The notes below the pieces were generated by a model. The model ran no database searches. It was not told the DNA's origin and saw only the letters and a list, made by a program, of their open reading frames with translations. Shown piece by piece: positions 23,565-36,054 of a DNA stretch of 64,000 nt. The position numbers and the translations under genes are program-made. Numbering within the stretch: the stretch's first letter is position 1; every line of letters starts with the position of its first letter. Where the stretch lies: the NCBI RefSeq assembly GCF_000150275.1, contig NW_002060945.1, forward strand, positions 1,430,199 through 1,494,198. The letters run 5' to 3'. Origin of the DNA: Trichoplax adhaerens (taxonomy: Eukaryota; Animalia; Placozoa).

Positions 23565-25860
23565 TCGTGATTGATGTTGATGTTTTAGTAGTAAAAGTTG
23601 AAGTATTTTGGCACCAGTCTGCACATCGGTATCATTGGTCAAGATCATACTTTCTACTAAAGAAATGGCAATACTGCCGAAATCGCTTTCTTTCATATCT
23701 AGCATAACCGTACCTGAAATACATAGTTTACAATTTTAATTCATTCATCTAACGTAGACTTAATGTTCTTCTTTAAAGAGCAGCAATGCAGTATTTAGAA
23801 AAGCTTGAAATAAATATGATTTTCACCTCAGTACTCCTAAATGTCTTAGAATAAACTTACCGACTTCTAAACAGCGCTTCAACTCCAACAAGCTGTGAAA
23901 TGATAAATAAGCCACATGTGGCTTTCCCCATCGATCAGCTGCTTCTTGAACATCTTCTTCAAATTTAATCCATCGTGCTTTCTCTTTCCAAGCTAACTCT
24001 TCTCCACTATCATCAACCGCAACCAGCTCTTCTAATTCAGCAAATACCTGCAAAAACATTATAACAATTACAACTCTTGAACTCATTTGAGTAAAATTTC
24101 ATCTACTCAATATGCTCGCAATGTAATTATCTGAGAGTAAAAGTATCCAGAATTTTACAATAGATTTCGATATAAAATACTCAAAAAATCAGCGATTACT
24201 AAAGATTTCGATATAAATGCGCGAATATGTTATACTCTATTAATACCGGATGAGGAGTTTTATCGATTAATTTGTTTTCCTGAGGAATTTGAATAGTTAA
24301 ACTCGGTCCCTTTTTCTTTTTTGGCTCATTATTTGCTTCCTTTTCCTCAGTATTATCTGATACTGGCTGGGATTCTTTTAAATCATCAGCACTAGCAGAT
24401 GTTGTTTGGTCGGCGTTAATATTTTGTCCTAATTCCGCCGAGTTTTGGTCTATCAATTTCATGTATAAGTACAAAATGCAAAGTTATCAATAATCTCACA
24501 GTAGATTTAAATTTATTCACTATTAAGTTTAAGTTTCGCCGTGAAAATAAGGTACTTTATTAGTTTAGAAGTAGAAATTTAAAATTTCTATGGTAGCATA
24601 GGAAATAGGTATGGTTAGGAAATACTCTTTGGTCCTTTAGGCTATTAATAGATGTTATGTAATAGCCTCTCTTTCGTAGACTATATTTAAAAACTGGCAA
24701 GGTAATTTTACTACAGTGATGATCGAAACTAAAGTGAATCTATAGCTTGCCCTCTAAATGATCCGTAACATCTGTGTTTCATCATCTAAATATCAAAGAT
24801 TGGCCATCGTTCTATTGATTAAGAGTAATTTATTCACGCATTTTATCGTAATATTGTGTTCTCAAATACTATGTTATTAGACATACAAGAGGCTATTTTC
24901 GATATATTGTACATATAAGCTAAATCTTGACTAAGTATAAACTGAAAGTAGGAATATAACAAGGTATAACAAACGTAAAAGTTACATCAACGAAATGATT
25001 CTTAACTACTTTGCCTTTCTTTCAAATACTTGTTGACAATCATGTTTCGGTATTGATTACGGTTTAAAAATAGTCACATTTTAAAACGATATCACGGCTT
25101 GACTTTTTCCTCTTCTGCAAATACCTATGAGAAATCGTCTTTTTTCTTACCTGCTTTAACATCGTCAGTGGACATTGCCTCTCCTGATAACAGAAGTGGT
25201 GACAATGGTATTTCGGCAGTGGTAGTTAAATTACGAATGGAGGCTTCTAATTCATCTTTCTAAATGATGGTAAACATTACAAGAGTACATTCCACTATTA
25301 AACATAATATTACAATATCTCTGCTAACGACAATTTCTCTATTCTACAATATTAATCAATCAAAATTTATTCAATATGAAAGGAATGTAATATCTAGCCA
25401 TATACTTGATAGCGTGCGTTCAAATTTTAGGATGCCCTAAAAGCAAGATCGGTGCTGTGTTCCATCACTGTGTGGTACTGTAAATATTTTTAAGGTAGTT
25501 AATCTTACCATATATTTACGACCTAGATAAACTTTCGAAATAGTATAGTATGAATTTAGAAGATAATCGTAACAACTATTTTGGACTGGTATATTTTTAA
25601 ATCCTGTCGAAAAATGACTACAATTAAAACTAATAACTAAATTTGAAAGACAGTTGTAAAAAGTGGCCGAAACGTCGGTATCAGTCCTAAGCAATAAAAT
25701 GTGTATGTTGCTATTTATGGATAGTTAATTTAATTAGAGCTAATTCGTAGACTTTAAATACGACATTTTAATACTTTGAATTAGTGTATTATAAACTGAT
25801 TAATAGCAAATAGATACGACAGCCGTGAAAATACTTTACCTGAACACTTAGTGACGACAT
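18450..25860 (-). CDS. SLC4 anion exchanger (SLC4A1-3 clade), paralog B; 17 predicted exons, ~1118 aa
   Basis: Phase-consistent exons: 25840-25860 (MSSLSVQ), 25151-25259, 24247-24449, 23861-24047, 23489-23713, 22837-23141, 22383-22706, 22041-22218, 21742-21888, 21344-21579, 20918-21112, 20571-20813, 20074-20367, 19693-19909, 19390-19559, 19080-19250, 18450-18581. Motifs: [85 protein letters not shown]-terminal ...SAASPV*. Confidence 0.95.
23520..23564 (-). repeat. Coding (CAT)14-CAC trinucleotide repeat giving 15 consecutive His in SLC4 paralog B
   Basis: Read directly; in frame within exon 23489-23713. Confidence 0.95.
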
Positions 25861-28800
25861 GTTGGGGATGCCGTCGGTTGTGAATAATGAAATAAATTTG
25901 AGAAAATCGACTCTCCTCAAGGTAGTACCTTGGAGTGATTGAAAAGTTCAGAAATGACGAAGCAAATACGTAGAGTATTGATCTTAAATAACAACTTCTG
26001 TAGTTAAAATTTGTTTTATTTCCTGATTAGTTATTGGTCTATCGCTAATATATTTGTTTTAAGCCATATGTAAGAGTCCGGAACTATTTGAAGTTTATGA
26101 AGGCGTAGATGCCGGCAACAAATGGCCATCGCAGTTTGGAAATGATTTATTGGATATCGTAAAGTTCAATATCCGATTTTTTCTAATTAATTATTACCTT
26201 TAACTTCCCTTTTTCTTACCTTGCTAAATCATCTAATTATTGATAAAAATAACTACCATATTGGAGAATCATTCTGAACAAATAATACATTAATATAGTT
26301 ATACTTGCTCGTATTCCAATTCGAAACTGAATTTGTCTTCGCTATTACTAAGCTTTATTTTAGGAAAATAGCTTTGTTACTGTAGAGTAGCTTATTATAA
26401 CTAAAGTATACAACGCTATCTAATGCATTATATGGTAAATGTTACTTTCTAGGCGACTGATTACTGTCATGAGCTTTATTCCAAATTAAGAACTTAAGCT
26501 AAAGGAATACTTTATCTAAATTGATTCAATTTTAGAACTGTAAGGAAAATTAATTTAATGTCAATAGTGCAAGTAATAGTAGCTTTTAACAATCATCTTT
26601 TATTCACCTTAGGTAGGATATCATAGTCTGACCACACTATTTTATAAGTTGCAGACAAGATTAATCATAATTACTTAGTACAAACAATATCAGCGGGAAC
26701 ATATAAATTGTCCACTTTAAAGTGATTTCCATATTTTACCAATTGCTTTACTGAAGACGATAGCTAATTTGATCAATAAAGAGATCAGAGAATTCTAAGT
26801 GATCGATTATAGCTTCTATTAGAATTTCTATTCTCTAGAGTAGATACTACATATACAGTACTTGCGTATGAATAAGATTACGAACATTAACTTTATCGGC
26901 TTACCAACAAGGTCAAGTTAATAGTTGTCCTTGTCACATAATTTGAAATAAACATAAGTGTAATGACATTAGAATCATGGAAATGAATTGATTGTAAATT
27001 TTACATTTTTATTTAAAAATTTCATGGATTTTGATTTTAGTTTTATGAGATCTGACGGCCGCATTTTTTAAATTTTAGCTTCTTATTTTTTCTCTTATTG
27101 TAATAATATTTGAAGTTATGTTCAGAAGAGTAAGTACGAATGGTGCGTTATGCAAGACTATAAATGAAGCTAAAATAATATTTGATAATGAGCTTGAACA
27201 TTGCTGTTTAAAGAATGATCAAAATGTTTGACGAACGATTAAATGAAACAGCATGATGTCGCAATGCTATATTAAAAATTAGTTCGTTTTAAATCTAGTG
27301 GGTATCTGTCGAAAAGTCCCGATAATATATTCTGTTAGATTATACTATTTAAATACTACGACATTCCTTCATTAGTCTAGTATACGAACGACTTTACTCT
27401 ACTAAGGTCGGCTAAAATAAGTGAAAGGGGTTGGTCAGAACTATAAAATTAGTAACTTATTTGCATAGCTTTTACTTGCCAAAAATATTTGCATCTTTTA
27501 TTCGGATTGAGATGAAGCGTGGTCTAATTTTCATGATTGAATTCTTTGAATCATTCCAGCTTATGATAGGTCAAAGTCAATATGGTACCATGAATTTATT
27601 AACATTGATTCTTTAGTAGCAATGTAGGCGTGGAAGGCAAATATAATAGCTTATTTCCTTCAGGGTGGTTTGAATGATTAGAATTCTGAACTACATTTCA
27701 TCTAGCTTAAACGGTTATCTCTTACATATTTTCTTAAGGTAGCAATGATAAACGGAAAGCAGTATAGTAATAAACTATGGTTAACAATGGGACATCACGA
27801 TAAAGAAGTTAGTTAACAATAGTAAAAGATGGCGAGACATGGTAGATTCATATCATGCTACGACATCAAGGAAACTGGAAAATCATAATCATTGAATATT
27901 ATGATATTTTAGTAAATTTCTTGTATTTCATGATAGTAATGCACTACACATTTTTTAGTAATGAAGAACTCTTTAAGAGCAGGAATTTTAAAGCAATATC
28001 ATTTGAGTTGTCTTCAGCTGTAGAAAATCTTATCCCTAGTGACCTATCATCTTATGTTAAGAATACAAATATACAAAGCCATGATGCTTACTCTAAAGTA
28101 TTCATACTGAGAAAGTGAATTCTACGTAGAGAAAATTCCTAAATAATCAGTAATGCATAGTAAGCAAATTGCTGTTTATAGAATTAAACTGAGAGCACAT
28201 ATGTTACTTTTAATAGTCTAAGAGTGAGTAATGAGTAAAGAGTGAGTGAGTAATGTATGAGGAGTTGAATGCTAATTATATTATTATCGACTGACGAAGT
28301 TTTTTTGCAATTTATGATTTCATTTACTGGTTAAACTCAAGATCATAATCTTTAAAAGTTAGAATGCATAGCAACCAGATGTAAATTTAGTTTTTAAATA
28401 TCATAGATAGCGAACAATTTCTAAATGACAGATCATCTATCTGTGCACGTATACTTGTTAATAGCTTCCATATGAAAAATGAATTTATTGTAAGAGCATT
28501 TGTAGTTGTATAAACTTTTGAATGAAATAGTAGAGAGTAAAGGCATTCGCTTTATGTCATGTATATAGAATGTAATTCTAAAGTTGCTATGTTGAACCAT
28601 GCATACATAAAAATTTAGAATGAAAAAATTTAAGAGACTTAGCTTTAACGTAGACCTGCATTGGTTGTATTACAACTATGTACAATTACCGATCTCAATA
28701 AAAATTCTATTCGCGTGATTTTAATGCATTCTTCTATCGAAATTATGATACATTCTTTCTTACATGACTGCATATACTCAAGACGCAATTCCTGAAATGG

Positions 28801-29157
28801 AATAAATTAGTCTATAAATCAAGTTAAAATATATAAAGATTCATATAACAGCATTATACTGTAAATCATGGAGATACTTTACAATAAAATGTACGCTTCA
28901 AAATCTTTATCTCGTAAATAAAATTAGGTGTGGTTAAATCAAAAAAGATAAAAGTTCCAGAAGTAGTCTATTTCATTTCAATTTTATATGATACTAACAG
29001 AAGATACAATTCTTTCAGCACTTGTAACAATACAGTATAATAGCAATAGCAAATTTACTCTGTATCAAAAAAATATTGAGCCGATAGGCTTTGATAAAAT
29101 CATATATGCTATCAAAGATCAGGGGATCAGTTTTAATAATCCTTTCAGAAAAATATT

Positions 29158-32100
29158 TTAAGAATTTATCAAGGTGACGTAGGTTTTATCTCTTTTATAC
29201 AATATATAATGTTGAATAATAAATATAACATCAAAAGCAATGGATAATACACCTAGCCCAAATTTGGTCGGATTTCCAAGCATTGATCCCCAGTCATCTA
29301 GTAAAATAGATATTTCAGATATGATGAGAAACTTTAAATCATTGAATCAAGGTAATGATAACCGTATGATTGGATGTAACATAAAATCTCACTGCCATAA
29401 TGAGACAAATCTAATATAGTGATATTTACCATGATTATATGCAATTAAGATCATTTGCAATACGCTAAAAACACCTCCGACAACGTCTAATAAGACGCCA
29501 GTTATACTCCATCCTTCGGTACTTTGACGCTTATAGTTTAAATACACCTTTGAAAAATTCGTTATAAATAATATCATTTTAGTCCAATATTCCTTACTAC
29601 TTCTATTGATCTAATCGTTCCGTAAATATCTTGAAAAGGCTCTACATTTTGACTACTGCCTTTTGTATTTGTTACCTGTGGCACGTTTTTTACTACATTA
29701 ACTCCTAACTTTACGTAGGATAAATAATAGAAGAAATTTAGCCACGATATCTTGCCCACTATGGCTAGTATCAGTGATACGAAAATGAATATGGTTGACC
29801 CAGATACCAAAATAGTGCCGGTCCTAGAAACTTTTTGATTACCACGCTAGATAGACCCATCAAAATAGTTACAAGTTATCGCATATTTACTAAGGATATA
29901 TAATTAAAAATTGAAAAAAAATTACAGCATAACGTACTGTACTTACACATAATTGACAACTAAAATGGGCTACACACTGAATTTATTAGCCTACCTCATA
30001 GCGTATACATTGGAGAATCAAGAAGATTGTCAGAATAACGGAATGAATACCAAAGAATACATCATTGCCTTTTACAGGAATTATTTCATAAGGGTGCAAG
30101 GCTTTATATTCTTTCTAAGATTGACAATGAATAGGATTAATGGCATCAAAACAGTTGTATCATTGCCGAATAAACAATCTACTACAAGTGGTTAATACTT
30201 TGAGGTAACATTATCAAATGTTGCTAGGTCTATGTTTAATCCAAATAGTATGGCTACCTTGATTTCATCTACCCAAAATAAGTTAATATTAAATGCGGCA
30301 TAAGCAGAAAATCCGATCAGATTTAAAGCCACTAGATCGAAATTTAATCCAATGACACTAAGAAAAAAATGCCGTAATGCATGTCATATACTATATTTTA
30401 CTATGCATACAATAAAGATTGTACTTTCTTTTTTATTAATTGAAAATAAGTTAATAGCAATATTTTCCACCGGTACCTTTTTCTTTGCCAATTTTCTAGA
30501 ACCTACAGTCATTATTAAATTAAAGTAACTTAATGATTATATTAATCCAAAATCAACTTCAATTAAGGTTTTTTTATTAATGATAATATTAATTTGCGTC
30601 CATATACTTTGTTGGCTGTAATGCTTTGATATTTTGACTATATTTCATAAGATAGCTATTATGTGCTAAGTGAAAACTTGGGCAATATCTTAAAGCCTCA
30701 AGATATTTCTTAATGGTAGAGTCATGAAAGCATGATATTCACAGCCGATAAAACCCTTTTTAGTTCACATTCATAAAGAAAGCTGAATACTAGCACTGTC
30801 TATGTATATGATAAAGTTTAGGCAGTACCGGTATTGTTACTTGGCTTACTTGCGGATAAAATGATATTGTCCAAGCAAGGAAATATAACCATCCAATAAT
30901 TGCATTAATCACCAATAGTGTCTGAGAACGAATAACTTCTACCTTGATATAATTGTGAGATATACTGTCATAATTTAGGAGAGATCGAAGTAATAGGTTA
31001 ATGTTATTCTGTTAAAATCGATATTTTACATCCTGTTTAAGAAGTGATCACAATTGTGCACTGTTGAAAATAACCGAAGAACATTGAAGTAATAATAAAC
31101 AGCAAATATAATATACAGTACTTTGAAATTTCTTGAGAAGTAGTATTCATGATGATTTCAGTCTCTCCTGGGCCCACAGCAGTGATAGTAAAATTGGCTC
31201 TAGGAGCGGGATCATTTTGTATTGTAACCTATATCCATTCGGTGTTTTATTGAGCAATTTTATTAAAATGGGTTGTTTCAACAATCTTTCATGATCATAA
31301 AGTTGAGAATGCAAATTTCAACTCTTTTAATTCAATTATAATTATGTAGATTTACTCCAGTGAGGAACACTTTGATCGCTTAATAACTATGATGATAAAC
31401 TGAGCACTCACAAGTTTTTGTTTTATACTTTGTATCTTATGTTAGGTTACTGTGTTATGAATAGTCTTAAAGGCAACTTAGTAGGCCTAGTAATCATGGT
31501 GAGCCTTAAACGTTATTTATTTGGTCTAGTGATAAAAATTAATACACTGCACTAATGTAATTTCCATATGAAATGGAATATTTTATGTTACGTATAACGT
31601 GACATTATTGATGATAATATCTTAACTTTAAATGGTACTTTATAATTTTTTGTTAGAAAATTTGAATGTAAAATTTCTAGATTAAAAAGCATTAGACAGA
31701 GCATTAATAGCCATATCATTTTATGATATACAGGTTAAATAGAAAATGTGTAAAATATACGTACTATACTCGTACATATATTATATAGGTAGTAATTTCG
31801 GTATCTATCTTCAGCCATACGAGAAATTTTAGGATAAATTTATTGACCAGTTTGATTAAGTAATCACTGGATTAAAATCTATAGTAGGATCTAAGTTGAA
31901 GTTTACCTCGTCTGGAACAGTAACCACCAATATATTGCGGCTGTAAAGGTTTATCGTAGTTGCTTGCTTTGGAATAGCACTATCAATATGATATAAATCT
32001 CTCAAATGGTTTGTCATGATCTTGCTATAAAATGATGATGCAATGCAATCACTATCGTATATAAATATTTCAAGTCTATATAAATCGAACCTTAGTTGTA

Positions 32101-32270
32101 GCGAGGCTAACCCATGGTTATTAACTTGAATATTAATATGTTCAGGGATGGTTTTAAGGATAAGGCTGCCATAGCTATGATCTATAATGTCAGATAAATA
32201 GCAGGTGTCTTATGTTGTAAACGCTGGTTATAATTAGGAAAAAAGTAAGTATTAGCATTGCGGTTGCCAT
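29158..32270 (-). CDS. CTNS: Cystinosin (lysosomal H+/cystine symporter, PQ-loop family); 5' end unresolved
   Basis: Approximate exons: 32091-32181, 31907-31979, 31122-31228, 30850-30964, 30478-30503, 30258-30357, 29995-30114, 29676-29846, 29430-29547, 29158-29297. Motifs: [92 protein letters not shown], and a C-terminal YVTL tyrosine sorting motif. Confidence 0.92.
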
Positions 32271-32373
32271 GTTTTACGTGTATAATGTCATACGTATGTA
32301 TAACATCAGATTAATAGTAGTAGTCTGACGAGCACATTATGAATGCCGATTAAAAGGGAGCATTTTTTTTTGT

Positions 32374-32935
32374 AATAAGGTTACCATGCCTATGATTTAT
32401 AGCGTTCGATTAATAGTAACAGTGTTGCGTTGAGAATTCTGGTTAGCAAGAGTGTATCTAATTTGCAATAAGGTTACAATGCCCATGATTTATAGCGTTC
32501 GATTAATAGTAACATTGTTACGTTGAGAATTCTGGTTAGCAAGAATGTATCTAATTTGCAATAAGGTTACAATGCCCATGATTTATAGCGTTCGATTAAT
32601 AGTAATAGTGTTACGTTGAGAATTCTGGTTAGCAAGAGTGTATCTAATTTGCAATAAGGTTACAATGCCCATGATTTATAGCGTTCGATTAATAGTAGCA
32701 GTGTTACTTTGAGAATTCTAATTAGCAAGAATGCATTTAATTTATTTATAACAAGGTTGTTCGCCTATGACTTCTAATGTTCGATTAATAGCAGTAGTCT
32801 TATTTAACGAATGCTTATTAAGAAGATATTATTTAATTAGCAACAAGGTTACCACGTTTATGATTTATAATGCAAGATTAATAATAGTAAACTAATATTG
32901 CGAATGCAAATTAGGAAGAGAATAATTGATTTGCA
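32374..32935. repeat. 93-bp minisatellite, ~6 copies (4 near-identical), immediately 5' of the CTNS coding exons
   Basis: Unit starts AA(T/C)AAGGTT at 32374, 32467, 32560, 32653, ~32750 and ~32842; a further diverged copy extends to ~32290. Confidence 0.95.
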
Positions 32936-34832
32936 GTCGATCTTTTACGGCGTTGCCTACTGTATGGCATTTTTATTGTATTGCAAGCTGATCATGTAAG
33001 GTAGCACAACATTTAGTGGTGTAGGATCGTAATTATTGCGCTTAAACTTGGATAATTATCATCGATCACTGTTTTAGTAGAACAAAGGGGGAAAAGGTAT
33101 AGGATACAAGAAGGAATCGTAGCTTTTTCCTGTAAATACGAGTGGTTACTGCATACAAGTCGTTCATAAACAATTGCGATGGAGTCGCTTTACTGTTTGT
33201 GCGATTAACTTAAATCCAATAACTACTACTTTAGATATCATCTGCTAACTTGGAAATAGCAATGCAATTGTAAAACAATGAAAGATGGAAGCAATTCAAA
33301 ATATTTTTATGTGATTACTTCGTGAATGATGTGAATCAAGTCGTAGAAAAAGTTTAGATGAATGCTATTAATAGAGTAGACAACATTTTCAGAAAAGAAA
33401 ATGGACTTCAAAGAAATGACCAACACTGTGTTAAGTATTCCACTATTTACTTGTATGCACGTAAATAAACAATCGATTGATGGAAGAGTTTATCCATTGC
33501 AGGATATTTTAAAATCATCAATACCGATTTCTTGTGAATTGGACGAATCATACTGCATATTCTTCATCATAAACTACTAGCTTTGAGTTTTACTACAGCG
33601 TTATGATTTCATGATAAGACATAAGATAGGTAGAAATAGGGTTGATATTAATTCCATGGCATTTCTGTCTTTGTATTACATTGTCGATTTTATCCATATT
33701 TCATAGTCTACTCGTCACGTACATTCTTCAATTCTCATTCTATTCCATAGCGGTAACCTGAATATTATTTACGAATTTGATTGCATGCATCAGTGATTGC
33801 TAAATAAACTATTCATTCTTAGGGCACACGTTATTTCTCAATTCATTCCTACTGTGGCATTTTGAGGAGATTGGAGTATTGCATTATGAATTTGTCTTTA
33901 TATCGATATGTAAATAGGATCTCATTTTAGGATCGAATGGGAAAAAAATGCGTACCTTGGCCTAATTGATTGACGTCATCGACACTAAGATGGCTTATTG
34001 ATACGGTGATTTCCGCAAGAAGAATTACTGTTAGTGCATAACCTCGATGATTCTGAAATAAGAAATGACGCAATAGCATCCTTCTTTTAAGAAAGGATGA
34101 AGAAAGTTGAATTAGTCTTGACTTGCTAATAATGGAAGGAAATGATTTCCCTTGGAAGAGCGTTGATCATCAGACTGTTAGCAGTTTGGAATAGAAGTTT
34201 TCGTGATTATACTGTTGTTCACTGGACCTTGCAAGTACACTACAGTAGTTTACACCTAGTGAACGACTTTAGCAAAGTGAAAAATCAACAACGTTAATCG
34301 CTCAAATCTCTTCATCGAATGGCAACCTCCTACTGACTACCTCGACTCACAACAGTCCAATCGTTTCATTTGAATAATTGCCCAAACAAGGATACCCCTA
34401 GGTGCTTATTCTATATTGAATTGTAAATGAGCAAGATTTGTACGTGCATAGGCATCGTCTGGAAGTCTGTATATCTTGGATGCATTTAGGCAAGAGGGTT
34501 GGATGCGAATGAAAAATACTTCCGATTTTATTTTAGGTGGTAATGAGTCCATCAACATGAAGATCCTTTTTTATGTGGGAGCTTTATTCAGTTATTATTG
34601 CGTGTAACGCTTTTATATGGTTCCAGTTGTCTGTAAGAACCAGCATCGGTCAAGAAAAGAGTCCAATTCATGACTCTGGTTAATATAGGCATTTCCGTCG
34701 TCATTGGATCTGGAAATGCGGTCATTGCGAGTCAAGTTTACCATTGTACAGCATTGATTGGCAAATTGTTGATGTTAAGCTACTCTATTACGTCGTTCTT
34801 ACTGACTATTTATCGGTATATCTATATTTATC

Positions 34833-35285
34833 TACTATAGCAAATCAAACTATTATCGTTACGAGTGTAGTTTAGTATGCTGCGGCATGATGTTTAACTG
34901 CGTAGTCATCACTTCAACATGCATTTACTATGTCAAAATAATTGGTTACGAGTCTAGCTTACTACGTATGCTACAGCATGCTGTTCGATTGCATAGTCAT
35001 CACTTGAACATCCATCTAGTATATTGAGATAATTTGTCACCAGCCTAGTTTATTATGCTACAGATTTACAGCATGTTGTTCTGCTACGTAGCGATGACAT
35101 CATACTTCATCTACTATGTCCAAATAATTTGTCACCAGTCAAGTTTACTATGCTACAGATTTACAGCATGTTGTTCTTCTACGTAGTGATGACTTAATAC
35201 TCGTCTACTATGTCTAAATATTTCCGTCACCAGTCTAGTTTACTATGCTTCAGTATTAGTAAGGAAAGTCTTGGAGTCATGCTGT
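34833..35285. repeat. Degenerate ~90-95 bp tandem array, ~5 copies
   Basis: CTACTATGTC.AAATAATT.GTCACCAGTCTAGTTTACTATGCTACAG..CAGCATGTTGTT..CGTAG units at ~34833, 34926, 35016, 35111 and 35206. Confidence 0.8.
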
Positions 35286-35288
35286 TGT

Positions 35289-35998
35289 ATTGCGTAGCCA
35301 TGACGCGGTCAAGAGTGATATCTAACGAGCACAGTAGGTGAGCGTGATCAACTACAGTATATCCATCTCCTCTCCAATTCTGTCATCGCTAGTCTAGTTT
35401 ACTCTGCTGCAGTATTGCGTAGCCATGACGTGGTCAAGAGCGATATCTAGCGAGCACAGTAGGTGAGCGTGATCAACTACAGTACTGTATATCCATCTCC
35501 TCTCCAATTCTGTCATCGCTAGTCTAGTTTACTTTGCTGCAGTATTGCGTAGCCATGACGTAGTCAAGAGTGATATCGAGCGAGCACAGTAGGTGAGCGT
35601 GATCAACTAGATCCATCTTCCTCTCCAATTCTGTCATCGCTAGTCTAGTTTACTATGCTGCAGTATTGCGTAGCCAAGAGTGATATCTAGCGAGCACAGT
35701 AGGTGAGCGTGATCAACTACAGTATATCCATCTCCTCTCCAATTCTGTCATCGCTAGTCTAGTTTACTATGCCGCAGTATTGCGAAGCCATGACGTAGTC
35801 AAGAGTGATATCGAGCGAGCACAGTAGGTGAGCGTGATCAACTAGATCCATCTTCCTCTCCAATTCTGTCATCGCCAGTCTAGTTTACTATGCTGCAGTA
35901 TTAGTTAGTTAAGGAAAGTCTTGAAGTCCTGCTGTTATATTGCTTAGCCATGACGTGTCAAGAGTGATATCTAGCGAGCGCAGTAGGTGAGCGCGATG
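35289..35998. repeat. ~114-130 bp minisatellite, 5 full copies plus 1 partial, high identity
   Basis: ATTGCGTAGCCATGACG..GTCAAGAGTGATATCTAGCGAGCACAGTAGGTGAGCGTGATCAACTA..CTCTCCAATTCTGTCATCGCTAGTCTAGTTTACT units start at 35289, 35414, 35544, 35665, 35779 and 35939. Confidence 0.95.
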
Positions 35999-36054
35999 AA
36001 GCTGACTAGCAGGTTCTCGTCAATGAGTTGACAGCACCTTGCATTGGTGTACCC

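Noticed and set aside
23480-23707. Plus-strand poly-Asp ORF
   Set aside because: Antisense shadow of the poly-His exon
32374-35998. Regularly spaced repeats superficially like CRISPR arrays
   Set aside because: Whole units repeat with no unique spacers, there are no cas genes, and the context is eukaryotic; these are minisatellites
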